Of a stretch of DNA of 32,000 nt, positions 9,045 to 17,334 are shown in pieces. This stretch comes from Methanothermus fervidus DSM 2088 (GTDB lineage: Archaea; Methanobacteriota; Methanobacteria; DSM-2088; Methanothermaceae). Within the stretch, counting starts at the first letter, position 1. Every line of letters starts with the position of its first letter. A model generated the notes under the pieces. The model had not been told where the DNA came from, searched no databases, and saw only the letters and a list, made by a program, of their open reading frames with translations. Position numbers and translations under genes: made by a program. The stretch spans positions 30,001 through 62,000 of the forward strand of contig CP002278.1 in the NCBI GenBank assembly GCA_000166095.1, in the 5' to 3' direction.

Positions 9045-9962
9045 TTAACCCAACAAAGCTACCCTACTTCTTTCAGATTTGTCAACGATTTCCATTCCAA
9101 CTTCTTTAGATATTTCATTGGCAAAATCAAATACTTCTTGGGCTAATGGCATGTTTTCCATTTTTAATCTTTTTCTTGAATAACCTAGATACATATATGC
9201 CTTGACCTCAACAAAATCAGGTTCTGCAATTTTAATTAATTCGGCGAATTTATCTGGATAATCCATGTTAATTCCTTTTATTGCAGTTATCCTTATGACC
9301 TTCCTACAGTTAAAAGTAGGCATGATTTCTAAAGATTTATTTAATTTTTCCCAGCCATCTTTAACCAATGGACGACAAATTTTAATGTATTTATCTTTAT
9401 TGGGAGCTTCCAATGAAATATAAAGTTGAGTAGGTTCCTCATTGAGATTCTCTAATCTTTCTGGTAAAAGTCCATTGGTTACTAAGAATGTTGTGAAATT
9501 TTTGCGATGAAATTCTTCTATTAACTCATCTATTAAAGGATATAATGTTGGTTCTCCAACGAGTGAAATAGCGGCATTATTAGGATTTTGAGCCTCTAAA
9601 ACTTTTTTCTTATTTGCTTTTTCGTTTCCAAAAAATCCACATAATAGTGCTCTTTGAGCTTCTATACATCCATCCACTATTTCCTTTGGATCGTCGTAAG
9701 GTCCTTCCCATTTATATGATTTTGAAATTAAATCTCTCCAACAAAACAAACATCTGTGTTGGCAGAAAAATACACTAGGTGACATTTGTAAACATCTATG
9801 GCTTCTTATACCATAAAATTTCTCTTTGTAGCAGACTCCTTCATCTAACAAACTTTTTTTTGTCCATAAACACGTCTTTACAGCAGTATGTTGATTTTTT
9901 CCTACAAAATGATACCCCATTTTTTTTAATCTTTCTATTTCTTTTTTTTCCACTCTGATCAT
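9045..9962 (-). CDS. taw1: tRNA 4-demethylwyosine synthase (radical SAM, Taw1/TYW1)
   Basis: The radical-SAM cluster CQHRCLFCW is preceded by HTAVKTCLWTKKSL...CYKEKFYGIRSHRCLQMSPS, the second Cys-rich region characteristic of archaeal TYW1 homologues. Length is 305 aa. Confidence 0.8.
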   Translation of the reverse strand: MIRVEKKEIERLKKMGYHFVGKNQHTAVKTCLWTKKSLLDEGVCYKEKFYGIRSHRCLQMSPSVFFCQHRCLFCWRDLISKSYKWEGPYDDPKEIVDGCIEAQRALLCGFFGNEKANKKKVLEAQNPNNAAISLVGEPTLYPLIDELIEEFHRKNFTTFLVTNGLLPERLENLNEEPTQLYISLEAPNKDKYIKICRPLVKDGWEKLNKSLEIMPTFNCRKVIRITAIKGINMDYPDKFAELIKIAEPDFVEVKAYMYLGYSRKRLKMENMPLAQEVFDFANEISKEVGMEIVDKSERSRVALLG

Positions 9963-10068
9963 CTTCCTCCCAATTTCTTCTTTCTTTATATATATTTTTG
10001 TTTTTTGATAATAAATAAAATTTAAATATAAGATATTAAAAAATATTTGTGTATGTAATAATAAAGAA

Positions 10069-10704
10069 GTGGTTAAGATGTTAATAGGTGAGAAATTCCC
10101 GTCTTTAGATGTTAATACTACCCATGGCAGAATAAAATTGCCAGACTATTTTGATGGTAAGTGGTTCATACTTTTCAGCCATCCTGCAGATTTTACACCA
10201 GTATGTACAACAGAATTTGTGGCTTTCCAAAATAAATATGAGGAATTTAAGAAATTAAATTGTGGGTTAATAGGTTTAAGCGTTGATCAAGTCTTTAGCC
10301 ATATTAAGTGGATAGAGTGGATCAAAGAAAATTTAAACATAGTAATAAAGTTTCCAATAATAGCAGATACAGGAGAAGTTGCAAAAAAATTAAACCTCAT
10401 ACACCCAAAACAAGGTTCAAACACTGTACGAGGAGTATTTATTGTAGATGATAAGTCAGTTATAAGAGCAATGTTGTATTATCCTCAAGAATTAGGGAGA
10501 AACATAGATGAAATTCTTAGGATGATAAAGGGTTTTAAAACAATCGAAAAGGAAAAAGTGGCGTTGCCTGCAAACTGGCCTAAAAATGAACTTATTGGTG
10601 ATAAAAGGATAGTGCCTCCTCCATCAAATATAAAAGATGCTGAAAAAAGAAAAGAAACCTATGAATGTTATGATTGGTGGTTCTGTTACAAGAAAGGTGA
10701 TTAA
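10069..10704 (+). CDS. Peroxiredoxin (archaeal Prx6-type, 2-Cys)
   Basis: Peroxidatic motif [14 protein letters not shown]. The C-terminal Cys pair CYDWWFC is as in archaeal decameric Prx. The ORF-track start is GTG 10069; ATG 10078 (MLIGEKFP) is an equally plausible start. Confidence 0.9.
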   Translation: MVKMLIGEKFPSLDVNTTHGRIKLPDYFDGKWFILFSHPADFTPVCTTEFVAFQNKYEEFKKLNCGLIGLSVDQVFSHIKWIEWIKENLNIVIKFPIIADTGEVAKKLNLIHPKQGSNTVRGVFIVDDKSVIRAMLYYPQELGRNIDEILRMIKGFKTIEKEKVALPANWPKNELIGDKRIVPPPSNIKDAEKRKETYECYDWWFCYKKGD

Positions 10705-11058
10705 ATGTTCCACAAAATAAATAGGATGAAAGAAAAAACTGAATATGAGATGAAGCATGTTCCACTAATAGAATGTAAAGATTCAACAAAACCTGATGAA
10801 TTTTTCAATGTAAGGATATCTACAAATGCTCCACATCCAATGGAAAAAGATCATTTTATACAGTGGATAGAATTGTTTGTTGGTCCGGTCTTTTTGGGTA
10901 GGGCAGAGTTTACACAATTTACAAAGCCTGATGTAACTTTCGTGGTTAAGGCACCCTCTCCAGGACATGGTGACTATACATTAAGGGCATTGCTTAGATG
11001 TAACTTACATGGTGTTTGGGAAAATACAAAGAAAATAAGAATGAAATCTGAAAAATAA
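10705..11058 (+). CDS. sor: Superoxide reductase (1Fe-SOR / neelaredoxin-like)
   Basis: KHVPLIE, HPMEKDHFIQWIEL and CNLHGVWE match the SOR iron-ligand pattern. The ATG directly follows the prx TAA (10702-10704), so the pair is probably one operon. Confidence 0.85.
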   Translation: MFHKINRMKEKTEYEMKHVPLIECKDSTKPDEFFNVRISTNAPHPMEKDHFIQWIELFVGPVFLGRAEFTQFTKPDVTFVVKAPSPGHGDYTLRALLRCNLHGVWENTKKIRMKSEK

Positions 11059-11073
11059 GGTATTTAAATCCAA

Positions 11074-11106
11074 TTTTTATTTTTTTTAAAAAAATAAAAT
11101 AAAAAA
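11074..11106. terminator. Bidirectional oligo-T terminator between convergent sor and TRAM genes
   Basis: T5 (11074-11078) and T8 (11080-11087) lie on the + strand. They are followed directly by A7, A4 and A6 runs (11088-11106), which read as T-runs on the - strand. Archaeal termination uses oligo-T tracts, and this site lies between two convergent stop codons. Confidence 0.5.
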
Positions 11107-11113
11107 TAGGGAA

Positions 11114-11344
11114 TTACCCAACTACTTCAGCAAAGGCGTATTTACGTCTTGTAGCATTTATTTTTATTTTAACTTCGTCTCCAACTTTAGTACCTGGGAC
11201 AAATATCACAAAACCCTCTATACGGGCTATTCCATCTCCATTTCGTCCAAGGTCCTCTATTTTTACGTTATATTCTTCACCCACATTTACGGGTGTAGAA
11301 TATCTTCTACCTCTACTATATCTACTCTTAGGCAAAGTATTCAC
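11114..11344 (-). CDS. Stand-alone TRAM-domain protein (putative RNA-binding/RNA chaperone)
   Basis: 76 aa. [55 protein letters not shown] is the typical small archaeal TRAM beta-barrel sequence. The start is GTG 11344 (TTG at codon 4 is an alternative). Confidence 0.8.
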   Translation of the reverse strand: MNTLPKSRYSRGRRYSTPVNVGEEYNVKIEDLGRNGDGIARIEGFVIFVPGTKVGDEVKIKINATRRKYAFAEVVG

Positions 11345-11515
11345 ATCCCTCTATATTTCCATTTATCTCCGCATTTCTAAGCAGAGACCGTCCCATTTTT
11401 CCTCATATAGAGGCATTCAGGGAGGGACACTACCCCCACATGTTAATTCAGAGACACATGTCCTTTTTGGAAATTCTGAGATTTCCATACTAGACATGTG
11501 ACTCTTCATCCCCAC
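11345..11515 (-). promoter_or_regulatory. Long GC-rich structured 5' leader of the TRAM gene (or an independent small RNA); family unknown
   Basis: Three hairpin modules can be read off the sequence. The first is a 13-bp helix, 11505-11493 with 11462-11450, capped by GGAAAU/AUUUCC. The second is GUCCC/GGGAC enclosing CCUC-UAUAU-GAGG. The third is a 7-bp hairpin, 11387-11381 with 11372-11366. One pair in the third hairpin is G-U only in the - strand transcript. A 9-nt anti-SD complementarity joins 11413-11405 to 11356-11348. The region is much more G+C-rich than other intergenic DNA in the window. Confidence 0.4.
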
Positions 11516-11533
11516 TTACTTTCTATTTTTCAC

Positions 11534-11541
11534 TATTTAAA
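11534..11541 (-). promoter_or_regulatory. TATA-box-like element for the TRAM leader transcript
   Basis: The - strand reads TTTAAATA, matching the archaeal TATA consensus TTTAWATA. It lies about 20-25 nt upstream of the first G-rich segment (GUGGGG, 11515-11510). Confidence 0.4.
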
Positions 11542-11591
11542 TGTTTGGTTTATGAAGGATATTAGATTTTAATTGAAGTTATCTTGATCAA

Positions 11592-12014
11592 TCAAACAAT
11601 TTTAAAAATTATTTCCCTGCCATGCATATCGTATCCTGCTATACTTTCAGGAGTATAGGGATATGCGACTATCATATGGAATATCCCATTTTTAGAAAAA
11701 AACTCCAGATCTGCCCTTGATGGTCTGTTGTCAGTAGTTGGGTGAGAATGAACAGAGCCATAAATTTTTAGGAATGGAGGTATAGTGAAAGTCCATAAAT
11801 TGGCACCTTCCTCAGAACTACTTCCAGGAATTATAAATAATCCTGTTATTTTCAGTATTTGATTTTCAATTTTTCCTTGGAGTAGGGCTGCAAACTCTCT
11901 TGGATGAGCATTCTTAGAATTCTTAAGTATTTCATTTATTACTTCTTTATTTACCTGTATTTCCATGATTTCTTTTTTATCACCAAATAAGAAACGTAAT
12001 AACCTATTTATCAT
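11592..12014 (-). CDS. JAMM/MPN+ domain metalloprotease (Mov34 family)
   Basis: Complete JAMM motif HSHPTTDNRPSRAD (HxHx7Sx2D) plus the upstream conserved Glu (PREFAALLQG). The ORF track begins at TTG 12017; the adjacent ATG 12014 is more likely. It overlaps the Thg1-like gene by 11-14 nt. Confidence 0.8.
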   Translation of the reverse strand: MINRLLRFLFGDKKEIMEIQVNKEVINEILKNSKNAHPREFAALLQGKIENQILKITGLFIIPGSSSEEGANLWTFTIPPFLKIYGSVHSHPTTDNRPSRADLEFFSKNGIFHMIVAYPYTPESIAGYDMHGREIIFKIV

Positions 12015-12732
12015 CAAAAAACCTCTTAAAAAAATTTTTATTGAATTTTGGCAAGTCCCAATCTATGAATATTTTTTTACGTTTGGATTTTACTTTTTTA
12101 TTTAGAACAGGGTTATATCCCTCAACCGTTATACTCTTTTTGTATATTGCAAAACCTCGTCTATGCCAGGTAGGAACTTTTGAAATGTTAATACCTCGTT
12201 CAAAAAGAAGGTCATGGATTTCTGCACCTTTCATTCCTTTAAGTTTTTTACTTGCTTTCTTTTTATCCATTTCCTTTCTTAAAGTCCAATATGCATAACT
12301 GTTTAAACAATTTCTCCAAGCTTCTTTTTGTCTATCTATGAAATATTTATGTATTAAATTTTTAGGTAATGGGATTACTCTACAATCAAAGGATATTGGC
12401 TTTTTAATTTCTTTTCCTTCTTTTATTAAATTTATAGTTACAGAGCTAGAAACAAAACTTGCAAATACAGAATCTAATTTTTCTATTCTTCCTGCAAATG
12501 GAACATGTCCAAGTAATACATTAAATTCATCAGAAAAAATATAAATAAACCTTGTAGCAAATTCTTTACACAAAGATATTCCTGCCTTAGCTAAAGCATT
12601 GGCTAGAGATTTATCATATGGTTTCTCTAATTTAAGTTCTTCACTAATTCTATGGAAATTTCTCCCATCTATTCTTAAAACAATTTCTGTACAAGGAGCT
12701 TTAAGTTTTGAAAATATTTCACATTTTTTCAT
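12004..12732 (-). CDS. Thg1-like protein (TLP), tRNA 3'-5' nucleotidyl/guanylyltransferase family
   Basis: VLRIDGRNFHRI, FSDEFNVLL, FDCRVI, DRQKEAWRNCLNSYAYW and RRGFAIY align with the conserved Thg1 blocks (compare human VVRLDGRNFHRF, SDEYSFVF, FDGRVV). The ATG shares ATGA with the nadX stop. Confidence 0.85.
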   Translation of the reverse strand: MKKCEIFSKLKAPCTEIVLRIDGRNFHRISEELKLEKPYDKSLANALAKAGISLCKEFATRFIYIFSDEFNVLLGHVPFAGRIEKLDSVFASFVSSSVTINLIKEGKEIKKPISFDCRVIPLPKNLIHKYFIDRQKEAWRNCLNSYAYWTLRKEMDKKKASKKLKGMKGAEIHDLLFERGINISKVPTWHRRGFAIYKKSITVEGYNPVLNKKVKSKRKKIFIDWDLPKFNKNFFKRFFDDK

Positions 12733-13496
12733 GTGCCAACACGTATGTTATCACTTAAAATTTTTAGTAAAGTGACTGCTGAATATGCTGCCAAAACACT
12801 TGTTTTTGGATTTAATTCACACACAGTGTTTTTTGTTATAGATTTAAACTCTCCAAAATCTCCTTTAACATGGACTTCATGGATATTGTGTTCAACTTCA
12901 GGATCTGCAATTATCTTTACATCCGCATCTATTCCAGAGGCTAGACTTAATGCCGCAGCAACGTTAATATTCACTGGAAATTTTTTAACAGCTTCTGAGG
13001 ATTTCCCTTTAAACACGACCTCCTTTTTTTTGGTCTTAACACCTAACGAAGTAGGTGATTTTCTCGTTATAAGTTTTATTTCTTTTATCTTACCTAAGGA
13101 TGCGGCTTTTACACCATCTAAACCAATTATTGCACCGGAAGGTATGTATATATTAGCTCCTGATTCTCTAGATTCCTTTATCAATCTTCTTCTAACTTTC
13201 TCATCTAATAGTGCACCCACACTCATAATCAAAACATCTATACCTCTACTAATTATATTGGGCACAATTTCTTTTACTGCCTCTTGAGAAGCAGATTCAA
13301 TTATCAAATCAACTCCATTGAACATTTCTTCTACCTTTTTTACGGCAGTGCCATTTGTTAAATTTGCTAGCTTCTTAGCTTTTCTAAAATTTCTGTCATA
13401 AAAATATTTTAATTTTATTTTTTTGATATCTTGTTTTAAGACAAGGTTAACTATTGTATTTGCAATTGCACCACATCCTATAATCCCACATCTCAT
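12729..13496 (-). CDS. nadX: L-aspartate dehydrogenase (NAD biosynthesis)
   Basis: Rossmann N-terminus GIIGCGAIA, then PSGAIIGLDG, FPVNINVAAAL, ADPEVEHNIHEVHV and NPKTSVLAAYSAV. These match the blocks I recall from Thermotoga TM1643-type aspartate dehydrogenase. Confidence 0.8.
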   Translation of the reverse strand: MRCGIIGCGAIANTIVNLVLKQDIKKIKLKYFYDRNFRKAKKLANLTNGTAVKKVEEMFNGVDLIIESASQEAVKEIVPNIISRGIDVLIMSVGALLDEKVRRRLIKESRESGANIYIPSGAIIGLDGVKAASLGKIKEIKLITRKSPTSLGVKTKKKEVVFKGKSSEAVKKFPVNINVAAALSLASGIDADVKIIADPEVEHNIHEVHVKGDFGEFKSITKNTVCELNPKTSVLAAYSAVTLLKILSDNIRVGT

Positions 13497-13498
13497 GT

Positions 13499-13816
13499 TT
13501 AGATCACTCTTGGTTTTTCTGTCTTTTCTGATGGAGAAATGATAATTATGTCACCTACAGCTTTAACTCTGTCGTAATCTATGTTTATTATTTCATTATC
13601 ATTTACATAAGTTTCTTTTTCATCAGGAACAATTTTTATGCTTGTTTTTAATACATCTTTAATTCCAACAGTCTTTTTTTCAGGACTTCTAGGATTTGCC
13701 ATGATAACAGACACTTTACCTTTTTTTAAATTTATAACTACATCTTGTACTCTTCCTACATATTTACCTTGAGATGTGTATATATCTAAACCATAGAGTT
13801 TTGATAATTCTATCAT
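13499..13816 (-). CDS. PRC-barrel domain protein
   Basis: LYGLDIYTSQGKYVGRVQDVVINLKKGKV is the typical PRC-barrel core. The ORF-track GTG (13828) lies inside a GAGGTG SD (13831-13826). The ATG at 13816, 9 nt downstream, is the more likely start (105 aa). Confidence 0.65.
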   Translation of the reverse strand: MIELSKLYGLDIYTSQGKYVGRVQDVVINLKKGKVSVIMANPRSPEKKTVGIKDVLKTSIKIVPDEKETYVNDNEIINIDYDRVKAVGDIIIISPSEKTEKPRVI

Positions 13817-14132
13817 TCTTTTTCCCACCTCAAAATAGATATCTTTAAATATAAATTAATGTTTTTTATTCTCAAAATAATTTTTAATAAAATTTTTGAA
13901 TATTTTCTACACATAACTTGTGCAGAATGTTTTTGTTTTTTAGTCATGTTATAATGTGATTTTAACAGAAAATAGTCTTGGATAAAATAATAAAATCTTT
14001 TTAACCAGTGATTTATGATTTTAATCTTTTTGAGAAAATATTTTATTTATGAAAAAAATTTAAATTTAAAAATAAGAAAAATAATGGTGGGAAAGAATAA
14101 TTTTAAGAAAATAAAATTCAAAAACTAAGAAA

Positions 14133-17100
14133 ATGACAATGAAAAACGAGGAAATAATAAAAAAATTTGAAGAATTTTTCTCATTAAAATATAAAGATGA
14201 AGTATATGAAGTTTTGGAGAATTACCCAGACGAAAAATCTATTGTAGTTGACTATGTAGATCTAGAGATGTTTAATATAGATTTAGCTGATTATTTAATT
14301 GAAAAGCCTGAAGAATGTATGAGTTGTGCAGAAGAAGCCATTAAACAATTAGATCCTTCAGGAAAAAATCCAGAAATACATGTTAGATTCAAAAATGTTT
14401 TTCCACAAGTAAATCTTCGTGATTTAAAAAGTGAACATATTGGTAAATTAGTGTGTGTAGAAGGAATTGTTAGAAAAACTGAAGAAGTACGCCCACGTAT
14501 AGCTGAAGGAACATTTGTATGTGAAAAGTGTTATTCTGTCAAAAAAGTTCCTCAAGAATTCAATAAAATAACTAAACCAGCGAGATGTGAAGAATGTGGT
14601 AGCAGGTCATTTAGACTTGAAAAGGAAAATTCAAAATTTGTTGATACACAAACTTTGAAAATACAAGAACCTTTAGAACAGTTAGCAGGTGGAGAACAAC
14701 CTCGTCAAATTACTCTTGTTTTAGAGGATGATCTTGTTGACATTGTAAGTCCTGGCGATGTGGTTAGAATCACAGGAATTTTAAAAACAATGCATAAAGG
14801 TAGAAACAGGTTTAAGAACTTTATTTACGGTAATTATGTCGAATTTATTGAGCAGGAATTTGAAGAAGTCGAAATATCAGAAGAAGATGAGAAAAAAATA
14901 AAAGAACTTGCAAAAGATTCAGAGATACGTAAAAAAATTATAAATTCTATTCTACCATCGATCTATGGGCATGAAGAAATTAAAGAAGCAGTGGCATTGC
15001 AACTTTTTGGTGGTGTTCCTAAGGAACTTGCTGATGGTACAAGACTTAGAGGAGATATTCACGTATTGATGATTGGAGATCCTGGAATTGGTAAATCACA
15101 AATGTTAAAATATGTATCAAAGCTTGCACCAAGAGGCATATACACGAGTGGTAAAGGAACAACGGGTGTGGGATTGACAGCGGCAGCTATACGTGATGAA
15201 TTTGGTGGATGGTCACTTGAGGCAGGAGCATTAGTTTTGGGAGATAAAGGAGTTGTATGCATCGATGAACTTGATAAAATGCGAGAAGAAGATCGTTCTG
15301 CAATCCATGAAGCACTTGAACAGCAAAGTTATCATAAAGATTTCGAAATTCTTCTTGCAAATGGAAGAAAGATGAAAATAGGAAACTTTGTAGATGAACT
15401 TATGGAAAAAAATAAAAATAAGATCATTTATGGAAAGGATACTGAGATTTTAATGACAGATGACCTTGACCTTAAAGTAATGGCTTATGACTTGAAAAAT
15501 TTAAAAATAATTCCAGCCAACGTTAATAGAATAAGCAGGCATAAAGCTCCTGACAAGTTTGTGAAAATAAAATTTGAGAATGGTAGGAATGTCACTGTAA
15601 CACCTGAGCATCCGTTTGTAGTATGGGACAAGGATATTAAAATTGTACGTGCAGATGAAATTAAGGAAGGCATGGTTGTTTTAGGTGTAAATAATTATGA
15701 AATATCTGGAAATTCTAGTATTGATCCAAATATTGCTAAATTTTTGGGATTCATACTTTCAGGAGAATGCACATATAAAGATGGTTTTTATGAAATTGTG
15801 TTTAGCAATGCTAATAAAAAATTGCTTGAAGAATTTGAAACCATAGTAAAAAAACTAGGAATTAAATACAACATTTCTAAGAAAAAAGAAGGTCATAAAA
15901 CTTTTACGGTTAAAATTGCTTCCAAAGAATTTTATCATGATCTTATTACTGAGTTCCCTGAACTTTCCCTGCAATCACAATCTCAAAGATTTACACATGT
16001 AAAAGTTCCAAATAAGATTTTAATGAGTTCTAAAAGTGTTAAAAAGGCATTTTTAAATGCTTATTTCAAAAGAAGTGGTTTTGTAGACAACTGTAGAGTT
16101 GGTTATTCCACACCTTCAATAAAAATGGCAGAAGATTTACAAGATTTACTTTTAATGATGGGAATTTATTCCTATATTTCAAAAGATGAAAGAACTTATA
16201 AAGTTATAATCGATGGGGAAGAAAACATAAAAAAATTTGCTAAGATAATTAAAGATGATTTCCGCATTGGAAGAATTAATGATTTAATAGAGACTTCAGG
16301 AAATAAGAATAACCAGGATCAGAATATTTTAGAAAATGAAATTGTTCAGGATATAGAAGACGATGAAAAAAGTGTTAAAATATCAAATAATGAAAGGCAG
16401 AGAAATATAAGATTTATTAAAGTTAAAAATGTAAAGTTCGTTGAAAATTCTGACTCAAAATGGGTTTATGATATAACTGTTGAACCACATCATCTATTTG
16501 TCTCACATGGTATAGTATTACATAATTCAATAAGCATTGCTAAAGCAGGGATAATGGCAACCCTAAATTCACGTTGTTCTGTTTTGGCAGCTGCAAACCC
16601 AAAATTTGGAAGATTCGACAGGTATAAATCTATATCTGAACAAATTAATTTACCTTCAACAATATTGTCTAGATTTGATTTAATTTTTGTAATTGAAGAT
16701 TTACCAAATAAAGATAGAGATCGTAGGTTAGCAGAACATGTCCTTAAAATCCACCAGGCTAGAGATATAAAGCCTGAAATTGATCCAGAGTTATTAAGAA
16801 AATATATAGCATATGCAAGAAAATATATCAAGCCAAAACTGACAAAAGATGCTAGAGAAGTTATAGAAGATTTCTATGTTTCAATGCGTTCTAAAGGGTT
16901 GGAAGAAGATTCACCAGTTCCAATAACAGTAAGGCAATTAGAGTCTATTGTAAGACTTGCAGAAGCTTCTGCCAGAATGAAACTTAAAGACAAAGTTGAA
17001 GTTGAAGATGCTAAAAGAGCAATAAGACTTGTCGAAGCATGTTTAAAACAACTTGGATATGATCCAGAAACAGGTAAAATAGATATAGACAAGGTTGAAG

Positions 17101-17318
17101 GTAGAACTCCAAAATCAAAAAGAGATAAATATAATGCAGCTTTAGAACTCATAAAAGAGTTAGAAGACGAATATGAATCAGTTCCAGAATCTATGATAAT
17201 CTCTGAGATGAATGAGAGATATAATATAGATGAAAATGAAACTAAGGAAATACTTAAGACATTGAGAGACAAAGGAATGATATATAAAGATAGAGATGGA
17301 GGTTTCGGAACTGTATAA
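14133..17318 (+). CDS. mcm: Replicative helicase MCM, interrupted by one intein (661-aa mature protein)
   Basis: N-terminal zinc motif CEKC...CEEC. Also Walker A GDPGIGKS, Walker [14 protein letters not shown], and a C-terminal winged-helix-like tail. The conserved EQQ(T/S)ISIAKAG block is split by a 400-aa insertion. Confidence 0.95.
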   Translation: MTMKNEEIIKKFEEFFSLKYKDEVYEVLENYPDEKSIVVDYVDLEMFNIDLADYLIEKPEECMSCAEEAIKQLDPSGKNPEIHVRFKNVFPQVNLRDLKSEHIGKLVCVEGIVRKTEEVRPRIAEGTFVCEKCYSVKKVPQEFNKITKPARCEECGSRSFRLEKENSKFVDTQTLKIQEPLEQLAGGEQPRQITLVLEDDLVDIVSPGDVVRITGILKTMHKGRNRFKNFIYGNYVEFIEQEFEEVEISEEDEKKIKELAKDSEIRKKIINSILPSIYGHEEIKEAVALQLFGGVPKELADGTRLRGDIHVLMIGDPGIGKSQMLKYVSKLAPRGIYTSGKGTTGVGLTAAAIRDEFGGWSLEAGALVLGDKGVVCIDELDKMREEDRSAIHEALEQQSYHKDFEILLANGRKMKIGNFVDELMEKNKNKIIYGKDTEILMTDDLDLKVMAYDLKNLKIIPANVNRISRHKAPDKFVKIKFENGRNVTVTPEHPFVVWDKDIKIVRADEIKEGMVVLGVNNYEISGNSSIDPNIAKFLGFILSGECTYKDGFYEIVFSNANKKLLEEFETIVKKLGIKYNISKKKEGHKTFTVKIASKEFYHDLITEFPELSLQSQSQRFTHVKVPNKILMSSKSVKKAFLNAYFKRSGFVDNCRVGYSTPSIKMAEDLQDLLLMMGIYSYISKDERTYKVIIDGEENIKKFAKIIKDDFRIGRINDLIETSGNKNNQDQNILENEIVQDIEDDEKSVKISNNERQRNIRFIKVKNVKFVENSDSKWVYDITVEPHHLFVSHGIVLHNSISIAKAGIMATLNSRCSVLAAANPKFGRFDRYKSISEQINLPSTILSRFDLIFVIEDLPNKDRDRRLAEHVLKIHQARDIKPEIDPELLRKYIAYARKYIKPKLTKDAREVIEDFYVSMRSKGLEEDSPVPITVRQLESIVRLAEASARMKLKDKVEVEDAKRAIRLVEACLKQLGYDPETGKIDIDKVEGRTPKSKRDKYNAALELIKELEDEYESVPESMIISEMNERYNIDENETKEILKTLRDKGMIYKDRDGGFGTV
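15327..16526 (+). mobile_element. Intein (400 aa) with LAGLIDADG-type homing-endonuclease domain inside mcm
   Basis: The N-extein ends at ...HEALEQQ. The intein starts [13 protein letters not shown] (block A, Ser1), has block B TVTPEHPF, and ends with blocks [23 protein letters not shown], followed by the +1 Ser of SISIAKAG. The LAGLIDADG-like motifs are LGFILSGEC and [12 protein letters not shown]. Coordinates were checked in frame: (15327-14133)/3 = 398. Confidence 0.85.
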
Positions 17319-17334
17319 AAAAGGAGGTTAAAAA

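Noticed and set aside
11417-11509. 30-codon ORF (MKSHMSSMEISEFPKRTCVSELTCGGSVPP) inside the TRAM leader as a stand-alone protein gene
   Set aside because: It coincides exactly with the most strongly base-paired RNA segments and has no clear SD at proper spacing. It is mentioned only as a possible leader peptide and not annotated as a CDS.
11345-11541. Whether the GC-rich intergenic element is a known RNA (tRNA, RNase P RNA, SRP/7S RNA, C/D-box or H/ACA sRNA, fluoride/TPP riboswitch)
   Set aside because: There is no tRNA cloverleaf or T-loop GTTCRA. At about 170 nt it is too short and lacks the GGAAAGUCC / ACAGAA blocks of RNase P and the conserved SRP domain IV motif. The GAUGAAG...CUGA segments are spaced by about 50 nt, flank a perfect helix, and do not form a C/D K-turn arrangement. 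It bears no resemblance to the crcB or TPP aptamers as I remember them. I kept it only as an unclassified structured leader or sRNA.
12733-13287. 184-aa + strand ORF antisense to nadX
   Set aside because: Same reasoning. nadX shows block-by-block similarity to aspartate dehydrogenase, while the antisense product has no recognisable motif and a skewed composition.
13829-14132. Replication origin next to mcm
   Set aside because: I saw no repeated origin-recognition-box-like elements and no orc1/cdc6 gene adjacent. AT-richness is the norm for intergenic DNA here. I kept it only as a low-interest regulatory spacer.
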